Shown here: in pieces, positions 1-12,979 of the stretch
How positions within the stretch are numbered: the stretch's first letter is position 1
Layout: every line of letters starts with the position of its first letter
Source: Diadema antillarum
Lineage: Eukaryota
Assembly: GCF_040938485.1 (NCBI RefSeq)
Contig: NW_027270982.1
Location: 2,914,001-2,978,000 of the forward strand
Direction: 5' to 3'
DNA: 64,000 bases
Position numbers and translations under genes: made by a program
Notes under the pieces: generated by a model
Database searches by the model: none
Seen by the model: only the letters and a program-made list of their open reading frames with translations
Told to the model about the DNA's origin: nothing

Positions 1-2895
1 GGTTTTATTTATTCAGTTAGTTGTTTGTTTGTTTGTTGTTTTGAGAAGGCCACTATTAGGATACGCTTCTTTGGTGTAAAATGGTGAGCCACAATACCTT
101 GCGGCTTCTCTTACAAGCATCATGTTAGCTACGTTCTTCTCACTCTGTCTGTGTGTGAGTCATATCCAATATAGACGGGATAAGGTGGAGAAGCAAATCA
201 GTGTCGGCTTTGGGATACCACAAATTAGATTGGCGAAACATTAAATTTCCTTTGAAAGTTTTCATGGGAAATTGAGGATGAAAAAAAAAAACTCGATATC
301 GAGAAAACATGATAAAGACCATCGAAAAAAAAAACATGATAAAGACGACTCATATGTTGTTTTTCAGTGAATTTTCATCCCTCCGATCAGAAGTTCGAAT
401 TTTCATACCTGCTTGCGCATAATAGATTATGATCACGCTTTTCGTTATGAACTTAGGCCTACAGCGTACTCTTATACAACAGCTATAGCGCTAGTCACTA
501 CTATCTGTCTTATATCGCGTTTATTAATTCAATGTATGTGCCGTTCGTGGTTTTTGTACAGTTGTAATAGCTAACATCATGTATGAATAACTGTATCCTG
601 TCTTCCAGATTGTAAGTGGGATTATTCATCCCACCAATTTTGCACCAATTGGTTTCGCTACAAGTATCAATTGTAGCAAAATGCTTATGATACCAGGACC
701 CTCTGAAAAACAGTGCTCACATCTGAGAGCTTACCCTGAGTGAATAAGACCGTATTATGATTGTTGTGATTACTATGAGCATAATGATGATGATAATGAT
801 TGATATCAATATTATCACTATCATTATTTGTTATTCTCATCATCATCATCATCATCGTTGATACGAATCATCATTGTCATATTCTATATTGTGATTATTG
901 CTGTCTCGTCAAAGACAGAACGATATCAGAACGATATCAGATTTCAGATTACAAGCCGGTAGAATCAACCGACCATACAGAGAAAACAAAAGAATTGTGG
1001 TTTTGGAACGAAAAAATCAGTGCACTTTTTTAATGAGTAGATTACCCCCAATAACAAACACGTTCTGATGTCGTAGCAGCTATACCCTACACAACAGTCA
1101 TTGCATGGATTTATTTCACAGTTCCCTTTCAAATCAACGCCAGCGAACCTTGACTTTATATCCGGTATACACAAAAAGCCTTTCTGGTCTAATATACCTT
1201 TTCTGCCTCTTATCTGTCGGCTTTCAAACATCAAATAAACCATTCTGGTTATTGCTAAGAAGGGTTACAGGGGGCAAATAGATACCAGACTGTTTTTCTG
1301 GTTTTTCATTAAAATATTTTTTGTCCGCGCGTACCATCCGTTTCGCAAAATTCAATTGTGCAAATGTCGTCTGCAATTAATTGGAAACGAAAAGCTCCCC
1401 CGCCAAACGTAAACATGAAGGCAGAATCTGGATTTGCTCCCTGTAAATGTCACGCAGGACATGTGACGTCACTCATCACAGAAGACTGCGCATGACTGCC
1501 GATGATTGCCTCTGAACTGAGAGACAACAATGAATAAGAGATAGGGACTAGGAGCTGGAATTTCTGAAAAAAAGAAAGCATTAACTCTGTTCAAAGGCAG
1601 GTGTGTCTATGAAACGCATGGAATCGCGATTTGACGGCAACGAAAATACCTCCATTCTCTCTCCTTTTTTTTTTTAAATTAAAGTTTGCAACGTGAGATA
1701 TTCCTCATCNNNNNNNNNNNNNNNNNNNNNNNNNNNNNNNNNNNNNNNNNNNNNNNNNNNNNNNNNNNNNNNNNNNNNNNNNNNNNNNNNNNNNNNNNNN
1801 NNNNNNNNNNNNNNNNNNNNNNNNNNNNNNNNNNNNNNNNNNNNNNNNNNNNNCACGCAAAATCTAATCCACCACGAAGGATGCCACGTTATGCATGTCA
1901 AAAAAGAAAATGAATTTTTAGCCTCATCTCTTCTCCTTCGCATCAATCATGTTATTCTAAAGGTCGCGTATGGTTCTACTTTTTAGTAGTTCGTTTCTGT
2001 ATGTAAAAAAAAAAAGAATTCAAGAGAAAGATAGAGATAGCAATAAAAGTTATTTGTGGATGCAATTTAGATAATTAGGTTGACCTTAGTCGTCATGATA
2101 ATATGATCCAACGCCACCCTGTGTATCTAAATATATCTCTTTTGTTGCCGTATTTCCGATTTAAAATCAATTAAGACACTTTTAAACTCATTTCATTACA
2201 TTCCACTCCCAGACTCCTGCAAACAATTTCGACAACGTTGCACGAAATCATTGGTAGAGTACGGAGTATAAAAGAGAATAGATACATACAGTATGATTGA
2301 TGTAAGTTTGTGGAATTCTCACACCTGCAGACATAATACACAAACATACGCACAAATGTACACTACTTCGCTCAGATGAATAGATCTATTTCATTTGTTT
2401 TATCATGAATAACATTTACTGATCAAAATTGACTATGCTTGCATGCCGAATCCCGTAAATTCGAAATTACTATAATTATTTTTGGTGCTGGTATGTGTTA
2501 CATTTCATTAGTCTAACAAAGTATCTCGTCGATGTAGGGCAATTTGTCAATCAATTGCAAAGTATCTCGACCTTTTAGATTTGTTTCATTTTTGTCATGC
2601 GTCACAGTGATTATGTTTGTTATAGGGAGAAAGCTTTGCTTCTTTCAGTGCCTACGGGGATATGTTCCTCTTTGAAATAAACAGCATTTGTTTGGCATGT
2701 GTGATTTTATTTCGTAACGTTAAGATCCCAGCACAATTCATCCCATCTTGTGTCTGATGAATTAAGAATTTCCTGTTCAATGTACCGCATATTCTTGTTG
2801 CTTTATTTTATATTGTATGCCTTTATCATTACTCAACATTTCTGTATTACTAATCTACCGTATATGTTGTTGTCCTCGTTCTCTCCCGTTGCTAG

Positions 2896-3055
2896 GAGTC
2901 TAAGAGCCAGCGACACCGCTTCGGTCTTATTATCGATGAGTTGGAACGGGCGGAGAACACCTCCTACAAGACAACGCTGGTGGCGTTTATCAACTGCATC
3001 CTCATAGCAACCGACAGCGTCGAGGACCGCATCCGGATACGGAACGAGTTTGTCG
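2896..3055 (+). CDS. INF2: INF2-like formin, internal exon (DID/FH3 C-terminal part): ESKSQRHRFGLIIDELERAENTSYKTTLVAFINCILIATDSVEDRIRIRNEFV+G
   Basis: Pyrimidine tract and CTAG acceptor at 2894-95; TCG|GTGAGT donor at 3056; 160 nt, phase 0 to 1. The peptide matches the INF2 motif RF..I..EL...N..Y..TL...IN..I.....R..R.EF.G as I recall it. Confidence 0.93.
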
Positions 3056-3118
3056 GTGAGTTGGTGGTAGGATGAGACTGAGGGCAATATAAGGAGGCAA
3101 CATAACCGCAGCATATTA

Positions 3119-3285
3119 TATAGATGATGACTGGCGGGGGAGAGAACATACCGAATATTCCACCCGAAGGGTTTGAAATGCTATTGAGGGAGGTTATAAG
3201 TCCCGAGCTCCCGAAATAGCATTTCAAACCCTGAGGGTGGAACGTTTGGTACATATTCCCGACAACAAAAGTCATCATCTGTTAT
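3119..3285. mobile_element. Palindromic MITE-like element of about 165 bp with TA-rich ends
   Basis: Left arm tagatgatgact...ataccgaatattccacccgaagggtttgaaatgctatt pairs with right arm aatagcatttcaaaccctgagggtggaacgtttggtac...agtcatcatctg. Confidence 0.7.
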
Positions 3286-5836
3286 ATTATATGGGTTTGT
3301 CAAATACCATCATCTGTTATGGGTTATCCTATCGATTGCGTGAAAAATATGATCGTTCAATCGTTTGGTATCGTTTGTCATTTGTTACGTGAAAATGTTT
3401 TCCCATGGGAAAACATTACAAAAATGTTCTGCCCGTGGGCGAACATAACCAATGTGCCTCCATCACGTGACTGTGTTTAGCCAATCACTAACCGGTATTT
3501 GACTAACCCATTTAATATGATGTGCTATTGACCCGTGGTCGTTTTGCCCTGGTTCGCTTGGTATTCTTGTACAGACAGTCTCGATCCAGTTTATTGAAAG
3601 ACATCTCACGATGAGTGTTGATATACGTACTGGGTGAATAAATTGTAACCAGCGATAAGTTCTCGTAGTGTAGCTCAATTTCTTCCTGGCTTGCTAGGTC
3701 TAATCTGGGCTACTAGTATTTTTTTTTTCTACCCAGAAAACACGGGTGCATAAGAATAAAGTTTTTTAATACATTACTATTAACAATTATTAATTACAAA
3801 GTGAGACTTTTGTTCAATTTCCGAAACAGAATGGACATATTGATTTGTTTTAGTGAGGTGAAGAACGTGTTTGCATATACATTATTATAATCTCCATTAT
3901 CATGACCATCTGTACCATATTATTACATTTATTATCNNNNNNNNNNNNNNNNNNNNNNNNNNNNNNNNNNNNNNNNNNNNNNNNNNNNNNNNNNNNNNNN
4001 NNNNNNNNNNNNNNNNNNNNNNNNNNNNNNNNNNNNNNNNNNNNNNNNNNNNNNNNNNNNNNNNNNNNNNNNNNNNNNNNNNNNNNNNNNNNNNNNNNNN
4101 NNNNNNGTGTTCATGACTATTCTGTGATTTCAACATCAAAAGAGTATAGTTCTAAGATCCCTATAAACTTTCATGGCTAATTTCTTGAGTTGAAAAATCC
4201 AGAGAACACCACAGACTTATAAAAACTAATGGTATTTCACAGCCGCCGAAGCCTTGCTAACCTCACGCGCCACATGTTATCGTGATTTGCCCGATTTTTC
4301 GCCTGTGTTGTACAAGGGGAGCCGTCCATCAGACAAGATGGACTTCGAATAGGCGGCGGTCATTGACACCAGTGGGTTAGAGTCTGTACTAAAGTCAATT
4401 TCAAGGTGGCCGTTTGGCCTACCAGAATGGCCAACCAATTACAATGCTCGGACGTAGACGCTGGTTTGCGACTGTGTTCCCGTTAACCTAGTTTAACGAT
4501 GTGGACGATAATTGCAAGTGTAGGAAGGCGCTCAGCCCGACACTTTTGGACAGCCAAGATCAAATGCAAAGACAATACCGTTTGTCTTCCTCCCTTTTTT
4601 TCACAAAACGCTTCATTAATAGATGTTGTTGTTTTGCTTTCATCACGGAAGCGATCTAGAAGTCGAGAGGATATCTGGTCTTTCGTTTCAGGGGGGAACG
4701 ATGGAAGTCATAACAGCGTCTGAATAAACTTGGGACTATTTACCTGTCGGAAGAGGGTTTAAACGTTGTCAGGTACAATGTCTAATAGATACACCTTTTC
4801 TCCTTTTTTCGGGGGGTGGGGAAGGAGGGGGGCTAGGGTTTCTGGTTGAAAAACGGTGGCTGAATGACCGATCGCATCGTGAAATAGGTGAACGCAAAAA
4901 TTGAATTGAAAGGATCAAGCTGCTAGCAAGCGTGAAGACATTCCGGTATAGGGTTGGTCAGTTGTTGGCGGACAGAAGTCGGTGACTGGTAGTTTTGAGG
5001 TCACGTCAGCAAATAAGAGTGGAGATTAGAGCGGAATTTATTGACCCGATACGATTTAGTGCGTGCTTTGGGAACGTTTTTGTAGTATGTTTTCAAGGTA
5101 GCCATGGCAACGATGTGTGATGAGTCTCTCTCTCTCTCTCTCTCTCTCTTCCATCTCTTCATCTCCTTCTCCTGCCCTTGTCTTTCTTTCATCTTATTCA
5201 TTTCCTCATTTCTTTACAAACGTTATTCAGGAAGAGTTGCCTATACGCTGAAACAAAACATATTCCTATTGATAATTTCTTCTCCTCGCATTTCATTAGT
5301 CAAGTGCGTATAGAAGGCGCGCGCACTGTTGATGACCATAATCCATAACGTTTAAATTCGCTTGAAGGCCATCGTCGTAGAGAAAAGAGAGGGAGAGAGA
5401 CAAACGACCTACCTTGAAATCAAGCACCATGACAATAATAATTAAGGGCAGGTGGCTGCCTTATTTCCAGCTTAAAGATAATGATCCCATATTGTGTTGT
5501 GCATTCTTTGAAATCAGGCAGTCTTTTATATATAGGCTATATGTTACAAGAGATGTACTCGTTGTGTAGCTATCAAGAATGGAAAAACAAAGGTGAGATT
5601 CATTTGCATTCTATTTACAGAACAAACAGAACAAACATGTTATTCTTATTGAATTTCTCTGATGCCTTAATACAGTCAGTTGTTTGAGATAAATACTGAA
5701 ATGTGTTCAAAAGAAAAACCCAAGATACGTTGCAATATCTAAATGTTCTCCTCTGTCGGAGCCATTGTAGAGATATAGGCGTTGTATAAAGCTCTGCGGT
5801 CAGAGTCTTGCCCACAAGCTATAATTATACGACCTG

Positions 5837-6013
5837 GGCCCCGTTGCAAGAAAGTTGCAATCAATTGCAAATAATTGCTAATTTTGAAACAACCATTCTG
5901 ATTGGCTCAGGGTCTGCCCTACTAAGAAGACATGCATGCAACAATGATTTTGATTGGCCAGTGACAATCAGTTGCAAGTTGCGTTTAAACGCAAAGTTTC
6001 TAGCAATAGGACC
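5837..6013. mobile_element. MITE with CTG target-site duplication (PIF/Harbinger-like)
   Basis: CTG|ggccccgttgcaagaaagttgc ... gcaaagtttctagcaataggacc|CTG; two internal gattggc (CCAAT) boxes. Confidence 0.7.
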
Positions 6014-6906
6014 CTGTATATACACACGAGTACTTTCCAATGTGTGAACCGCCACACTTGGATATTGTGTAAGTCGGGCGTAGAAGGGAAATCGAAAAGA
6101 TCACATTTCGCTGTTTGCCGATCTAAATTTACATCAATACGCAAACCGAATGACACATTCCAGTGGCCGTCCCCAGTTTTTACCCTTTATGATATAAAGA
6201 TATTCGTGGCGGTATTGAAATGCAAATAGACGTATGAGAAGTTCGCACAGGAAAGAAAATTTTTTGATTGCTTCGTCCCGTTTAAAAGCGTCTACCGATC
6301 ATCTGCATTAAAAGGGGAAAAATCATAATTAAGTTTGTATTGCAAACATGCTTATTTTGACAATCATTTAAACCGCACCAAAAAAAGGGGGAAAATATTG
6401 ATGAATGAATACTTGCGGGAAACCCATGAGGACAAACTTATTGAGACACTTGTAAAGAAAGTATGGGGACAGAAAGATAGATGGAAAAGGAAAGAGGACC
6501 AAGAGATGGAGGATAAAAGAAGAATGAATTAATAAGGCATGCACTTGAATATTGCATCTATATTATAGACAGTGATTCACACATCAACGTTTCTTTTCTT
6601 GAGGTCTCAAAAATTACAGTCAAAATCCATCGTTTTTGTTCAGTACACAACATAACGTTGGTTCTGATAGATAATATTTGATGCTGGTAATGTTATTTTA
6701 CTCCAGTAACGTACAACTCCGAAAAGAAGCAAGTGGCTCATAGCTTTCCTGACCCCAAACTCTGTCTGTTCCTCCCCCGCGTCAAATTATATACACTGTA
6801 TACTTACTGCTCACACCCAACTCGTGTTTTTTTTTTTTACCCCAAAAGTGAAGTGTACACGTTGTACGTTGTACGTTGATTGAGCGAAGGTCGATTATAA
6901 TATAGA

Positions 6907-6944
6907 CTCTAACCAAGGAGTTACCAGTAACTCCTTGCTCTAAC
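6907..6944. mobile_element. Micro-hairpin insertion (24 bp) with 7-bp TSD
   Basis: CTCTAAC|CAAGGAGTTAC-CA-GTAACTCCTTG|CTCTAAC. Confidence 0.8.
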
Positions 6945-7400
6945 GAAAATCCTATTATGACGTATTTCAGTGCGATTCCATCCCTAGAAAGTCAATGACC
7001 GGTGTTAGCTGTCCATCTAACTCGTATGTTTCATGAATGTTATAAGACGGGATTCAGTCATTATATTGGTGTTTCGGCTAACCAGAATGCACGTTGCTCG
7101 TGGTGATATAGCATCAAAGATGTTTACAGGGCAATACTCAAAAAGGTGAAGTTGCTCCCATGACTCATAATATACAGTGATAAATGTTTGTCGAACGCCT
7201 ATAAAGGGAACACCAGTTTGTTTGTTGTTGTTGTTGTTGTTTCATATGGATTAAAAAAGTCTTCGAGTGGAATGTTGGTTGAAATGAATGCCTTGTCATG
7301 ATCTTATTCAACACTATATAAAAAAAATCAAACTAGCTGTGTGCTCAAATAATGCGAAGAAATGTAAGAAAGAAGTTTATGACGAGGACTGAAAGAAAGT

Positions 7401-7745
7401 AGGACACGAAGAACATCTTGCCAGAGGCGCAAGCTTTTACCCTTTGGAGACACTTGGGTTATAGGGGAATAATGCAGCATGCTCTGATGACAAATGTCTT
7501 CCAGTAATGCAGAATGGCGGGGTCACATGGATCGTCGTTTCTCTGCCGGCAAAAGTCTAAAGACCGCAATTTTTCAATATTATCTATTTGAATTCAGGCT
7601 CAGTGAAGAACCTGGATTGATGATCATTAGGAGATATTGTTATCCCTCCTCGCTGAATTACCCTCGTCTAACCCGAAACACAGTAAAGTGTCTCCGCATG
7701 GGGTAGTAGCGAGCTCAGCCCTCTGGCGAAACATTCTTGCGTCCT
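7401..7745. mobile_element. Old diverged inverted-repeat element (MITE relic)
   Basis: aggacacgaagaacatcttgccagaggc...ggagacactt (7401-7455) is inversely similar to aagtgtctcc...cctctggcgaaacattcttgcgtcct (7686-7745). TSD not recognisable. Confidence 0.5.
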
Positions 7746-8094
7746 CCCTCCCCGTTTATACAGAGTGGAACCTCGTACGATTCAACTTGTAACATCTGAA
7801 CTATTCAATAGCGAAAGATGGTGGCGCCACATGGCCCTTTAAGTGGAGCAGTCTCAAAACTTACTTGCCAACAGATATGTTACCGCAGAATTTGAAACTT
7901 TTACTGCACGTCATGAATATGTTGCCAAGATATTATGCTGATGTAGACGGAATTGCGAGTCCAAGCATGCCAACAAAAACAGATGATACACGAATTAAAA
8001 TGATATTAATGGCAACATCAATAATAACTACAATACCAATGATATGACTCTATTGTGCAAATACTATAACCACGGACGGAGCCGATTATCATTT

Positions 8095-8297
8095 TCACCA
8101 CAGCCCTACCATGTAGGGAGGCTTCCCACCTCCCTGGCCCTACCAGGTACCCCAGCACACACCATGGAAAGAGGGACAAAATGGGTGGTGAAAGAATCTT
8201 ATCCAACAGTGCAAGTATAAAGCGACGGGCAGACAGGATTCGAACTTATGACCTTCTGATCAAAAGTCCCATATCCACTATATACCATGCATACCTT
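8095..8297 (-). mobile_element. tRNA-derived SINE fragment
   Basis: Minus strand has an A-box-like TGGTATATAGTGG and a B-box AGTTCGAATCC, followed by a body containing gggtacctggtaggg. No acceptor stem. Confidence 0.65.
8103..8143. mobile_element. Micro-hairpin insertion (27 bp) with 7-bp TSD, inside the SINE
   Basis: GCCCTAC|CA(tgta)GGGAGG-cttccca-CCTCCCTG|GCCCTAC; the left arm carries a 4-bp insertion. Confidence 0.6.
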
Positions 8298-11200
8298 GTG
8301 ATCCAGAATGTACACGTTGCTCCTCCCAGTCTCTGAGATATCTATACATTAGTTATATTTGGCGGAATCCCCATTCGGCCGGCAGCCTGTTTGATTACGA
8401 TGTCAACGGAAATTATACATTCTGGTTCTGACAGGGTTGATAAAGAGGCGCAGAGAATTCAATCCAATCCTACCCCTGTGCTATGTTCAGCTGCCTAAAA
8501 AATCCCCCTCAAGCCTATCATTGCACAAGGCATGTTGTAGAAGCGGCACCTAATAGGCACTCTGATCTTTCCTCATGTTCATTCGGTGAAAGTGCAGCTG
8601 ATTAGCGTTCAACGTACAATTTTTTTTCATGTTTTGTTAAAAATCCTCAAACATTTACAAGTCAAAGGGGCATTGATGAATTAAAAAAAGGACTTTTCAG
8701 GGATGTTTCCGATTTTAGCCGAATCAACAGGTGTTTGAGAGATTCCACGAAATGAACATGCTTCAAAATGAAGATAAACTGAGAAATACGAAACAACATT
8801 AGGTGGTTTAGGTATACTCTCTACATACAGTTATGTATATCATGATTGAATGATAAGATTTCCAAAAGATGTGACTATCACTTACAACTTGAAATAGTGA
8901 TTGTAAGAAAGCATGACGAAATTGTGCAGGCTGGGGGAGGGGGAAGGAAGTGCTCTATCGTTTATAGTTCCTTTGTCAATATCTCTGATTATGCATAAAA
9001 TATGATATGCCGCTGATTCTCCTGACTTCGGGGGAGGGGTAGTTCATTCCAGCATACATGATTTGTTGAAGGGGCAGGATAAGGGGGTTGGGGTGACTTT
9101 ATTGTATAAGTGAGAGAGAGGGAGACCAGTCTGGTCAGTTCACGGGCTACTGACCGGCCGGTCGGGCGAGGGCGGTGCGCCTTGGGACAACAACAAAGGG
9201 TACATCAACCCAACCTCATTGTTGGCCTATTCGGAGACTGCGTATTATCCGTCAATTCTTAACTTTTGAAGTGGCATTTTGTAAATATCTGCCCGAGCAG
9301 GAAAATTCTACTTGTTAGGGTTGTAAAGGCGCACTTAATGACCTCAGCGTCAACCAGTATCAAACTAGTCTCTCTTTTTTTTTCTGATGACCTCCGGAAT
9401 AAGTGTAATAGGAATACGTAAAACGCGGAGTGTTTGATATTGACAATGCAGTGAAAAATGTATGGCTGTTTTTTGTTTTGTTAGTTTCCTTTAAAACAAC
9501 TAATTCTCGCGGGTGTTAGTGGTAAACAGACCGCGGGCCAAATGTTCAAGTATTTGGGGGAACTTTGGTATAGGCCGATTTAATTAGCTCTCGACAGACG
9601 AAAACGCAAAAGTCTGTCGCAATACCATGGGTATATCCGAAGTAAGTATATAGGGTAAATTTACCACGAATGTGATGCGAAGGAAAATACCATGACATGC
9701 ATTTGTTGCTTATTTTCCACTCACATGCTATTGAATAGCTGAAAATCATGGGTGAAGAAAAAAAAGAATGTTAAGAAGGCTGATTGTAATGTGTAACCTT
9801 AATGAATATTTATGACAGATGCGGTAGATTGCAAGTCATGTCGGCCTTTCTTTTCAATTTACAAACACATATTGATGACAATAGGTTTTTGTCTCTTGGA
9901 GACTTGAAGACGATCCTTTGATATTTGAATCCATATGATCTTGAGTTCAATGTCATTGTAATTTCGGTAACCTCTAATGGGGGAAGGACTGCTAAATTTT
10001 GGCATTAATCGACGTGTATGACGCAAGCATCAAAAGACCCTCAAGCGATGAAGTCACATTACATTGACATAACATTCTGCGTGATATTGCTCTCTGTAGC
10101 TGAGCTTTTGTTTTTGTTTTTGTTTTATTTTGACAGTAGAATATGATTTTGTTTTTGTTTTGTAAAGAAAAGAAATCTTATGAGAACGTCTAGAATGTTA
10201 CGGCATTTAATCTTTTGTTCGGGGGGGGGGGGTTCTGGTAGATCGAGGTCTGTATGTGGCTGGACAGCATTTCGTGAATTCTCACGCTCAAATCATAAAA
10301 CATTTTCTCGGAGCTCGGAAACCCTTCTGAATATCGGTCATTGCCAAGTCTTTGATGCTATTGAGTGGAAACAATTATCGTATCGGAGTGCTTAATGCTA
10401 ACGCTTAATTACAAACAGAACATCTCCATTCGTGACCTTGGTTATTTAATTGTGAACGGCAAAAATACTAGGTGGAGTGATTGGTCGAGTGATATGGATA
10501 CACGGTCATGTCGATAGGAGACATTGCACTTTTTGATCCATGGAAAGGGAATTGAACGCTTTCATCTTTCTCTGTTTATTGCTATCACGGGCAACAGACG
10601 TGTAGATTTTGTCGTGACCCCAACGCAACCTTTAGCGATGACCTTGCAAATGTCGCCCAAAAACTCGCAAGTGCGACGCCAATGTTTGGTCAGGCGCGCT
10701 GAGCGGGAAAAGGGGGAGATATTGCATTCAAGATAATTTTTTTCCACTTTCGAGCAAATCCTGGCTGTGAAATAACGTGCTTGTTTTCTTAAACTCACCA
10801 TTTACGCCATCGTCAGGTGGTTTCATAGATTTTGCCTTCCTTTCTCTATGTTCATTGCATCACTGTCTTGTTTTCTTTAATAAAGTTAATACACGCACAC
10901 ACACACACACGCATAATTATCCTCCTCCTCAAGATGTATTCAGTAGGGTCGATTTCTGTTTGCCAAACTCTTCAGAGGAAGTAGAGGATAACATTCTACA
11001 TGACCTTTTTTTGTTTTCTACCCCGATTATATACATCTTCTGAAATGTTGAATGGGAAAGTATGACATTGCGACATACTTTGTTTCAGGAAAGGGTTTCT
11101 TGCAACATCAAACATTTTCATTCGGGGAATTCTCGCTAACTATATAAATGTCCAAAATTCCTAACGAAAAAAAAGTAAATACAGTGTACGCAAAAACACA

Positions 11201-12804
11201 CCTTCGCTAGACAAGCGGTGGAAATTAACCTTCATATTTTGTACGTTCATGTGAACCTGATCATTACCAACGGTAACCTATTCTAACATAACAGCAATGG
11301 TGTGTTTAGGCTTTGGTGTTCTTAGGGTTAATTTTCATAATGGTGTACATTCGTCATCCTCACACAACTGCCCACAAATTAGAATTATCACAAATCATCT
11401 CATACACAAAAAGAAACCATGGCAAACTTGATATCTTCATTAGAGTATACTGCACCTGTCAATCCAAGTTACAGAGCCCTTACAATAAGTTATAATCAGA
11501 TCATCAAGGAACACTGACCATTTCGAATAAAAGATATGTATTTGATTTAATTTGATGAAAGTTCATGCTAGACTGCTGCCCTAGGATAAAATGATTCCAT
11601 CTCACTAAGTCCTTCTTTAGTATAATTTTGCTGCAACGAAATGTAATCTGCAGAAAGTACCTTAACCTGTTTAACAAAAGTAATAAGCGGTATATCTATT
11701 TTGATCCCTCAAAAAGAAAACATTTATTAATGTAACGATATTCAGATACAAAAATCTTCTTTCGTGCATTGCTATGACTGAACCAGATAAAAAGAATGTG
11801 TCCTAAAACTGCTCGGAGCCAGGTGTGATGCGCCCTTTTACCGTGGGACTCAATTCATTAGCGTATTGGAGCGAAAGAAAATGTCAGGAACACCATTGCA
11901 ATCTTTTGACAACGCTACCAGAAGATGACAGCAATTATGAAAGTTCTCTTGTCGAAAATTCCCAAAACAAAAGAGGGTTCCGATAACATCAGTAGCTGGC
12001 GCGGAAGCGAGCGTTTGTCGCTTGCCAAACATATAACGAGGGTCTTTCTTTCTTCTTCCTCTTTCAGTTCTCCCCCCCCCCCCCCCCCGTCTCCCTCTTG
12101 GACTTTTTCCCCTTTTACCTCTTTTTTGTTAATCACACCGTTGCCAACTGTGTTTGTAAAGGAAGGTTAACAGCGAATGTGCATCCGAAGTCTCGGAGAC
12201 AATTAGAAAACCGTGTGTGTGTGTGTGATATTCAAAGGGGGCAAAGGCAACGCGAAAAGTTGGATAACTGCTTCGGCTGTCAGATGCATTGTTCAGTCAG
12301 ACGTCAGGTTATCAGTCCGTCGTGATACCAGATTCACCTGCCGCCTCCTGGCTACTTCCCTTGCACTTCGTTCTGTTCCTTCTGACGGAAGGACCGAAGA
12401 ATATGCCTTGACATCGGCACTTGATATCAGGCAAGCTCATCACAATGCCACAATTTCGTTCTCAACCTATACTTCGGCCGTTTGGTCGTATCTGCAGGCC
12501 AGCACTTTAAGAGCCAGAGCCATTTTATCGATATTAGCCTGGACCCCGACCGCTGAGACAGTTCTCGACACTACTCGCTGGAATCGCTTCATCTGTACTT
12601 TACCATTGCGAAGCGCATCTATTATCATCTTAACTTGGCTCATCCAAACTTCCTCTATTCGTCAGCTCATTCATGTCAGACAATCTCTTTGAATGCCAGC
12701 AAGACGAGGAGTAATTGTGTTTTTATACGCCAGCTGAAAACGACTCCGCCCACTTTTTAACAAAGTCGGTTGCCAAGGAGACAAAGACACTTCAGGCAGG
12801 GAAG

Positions 12805-12919
12805 ATGGAGAGTCGCCAGCTGAGCAACCGGGTGCACTTGATGGCGGCGCAGCTCGAGCAGTACCTGCTCGAAGCGCAAGACTCGTACGTGGATCAGCTT
12901 CTCAAGCGCAACTCGTACG
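12805..12919 (+). CDS. Candidate alternative first (or cassette) coding exon of the formin: MESRQLSNRVHLMAAQLEQYLLEAQDSYVDQLLKRNSY+G
   Basis: ATG in strong context (gggaagATGG); 38 GC3-rich codons inside AT-rich intron; ACG|GTGAGT donor in phase 1, matching the phase-1 acceptor at 20539. Confidence 0.65.
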
Positions 12920-12979
12920 GTGAGTTCTCTTGGCGCCAAACCGCGGAGTTCCGCTAGCAAAGAATAGAAGGGAAGCAGA

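Noticed and set aside
1674-4180. ORFs spanning N runs
   Set aside because: Artefacts of the assembly gaps at 1710-1853 and 3937-4106.
8230-8297. tRNA gene (also 13960-14028)
   Set aside because: A and B boxes are present but there is no complete cloverleaf or acceptor stem, and both continue into SINE bodies.
12213-12692. 159-aa plus-strand ORF upstream of the candidate alternative exon
   Set aside because: Non-ATG start at a (GT)n repeat, no recognisable domain and no codon bias; more likely UTR or intron.
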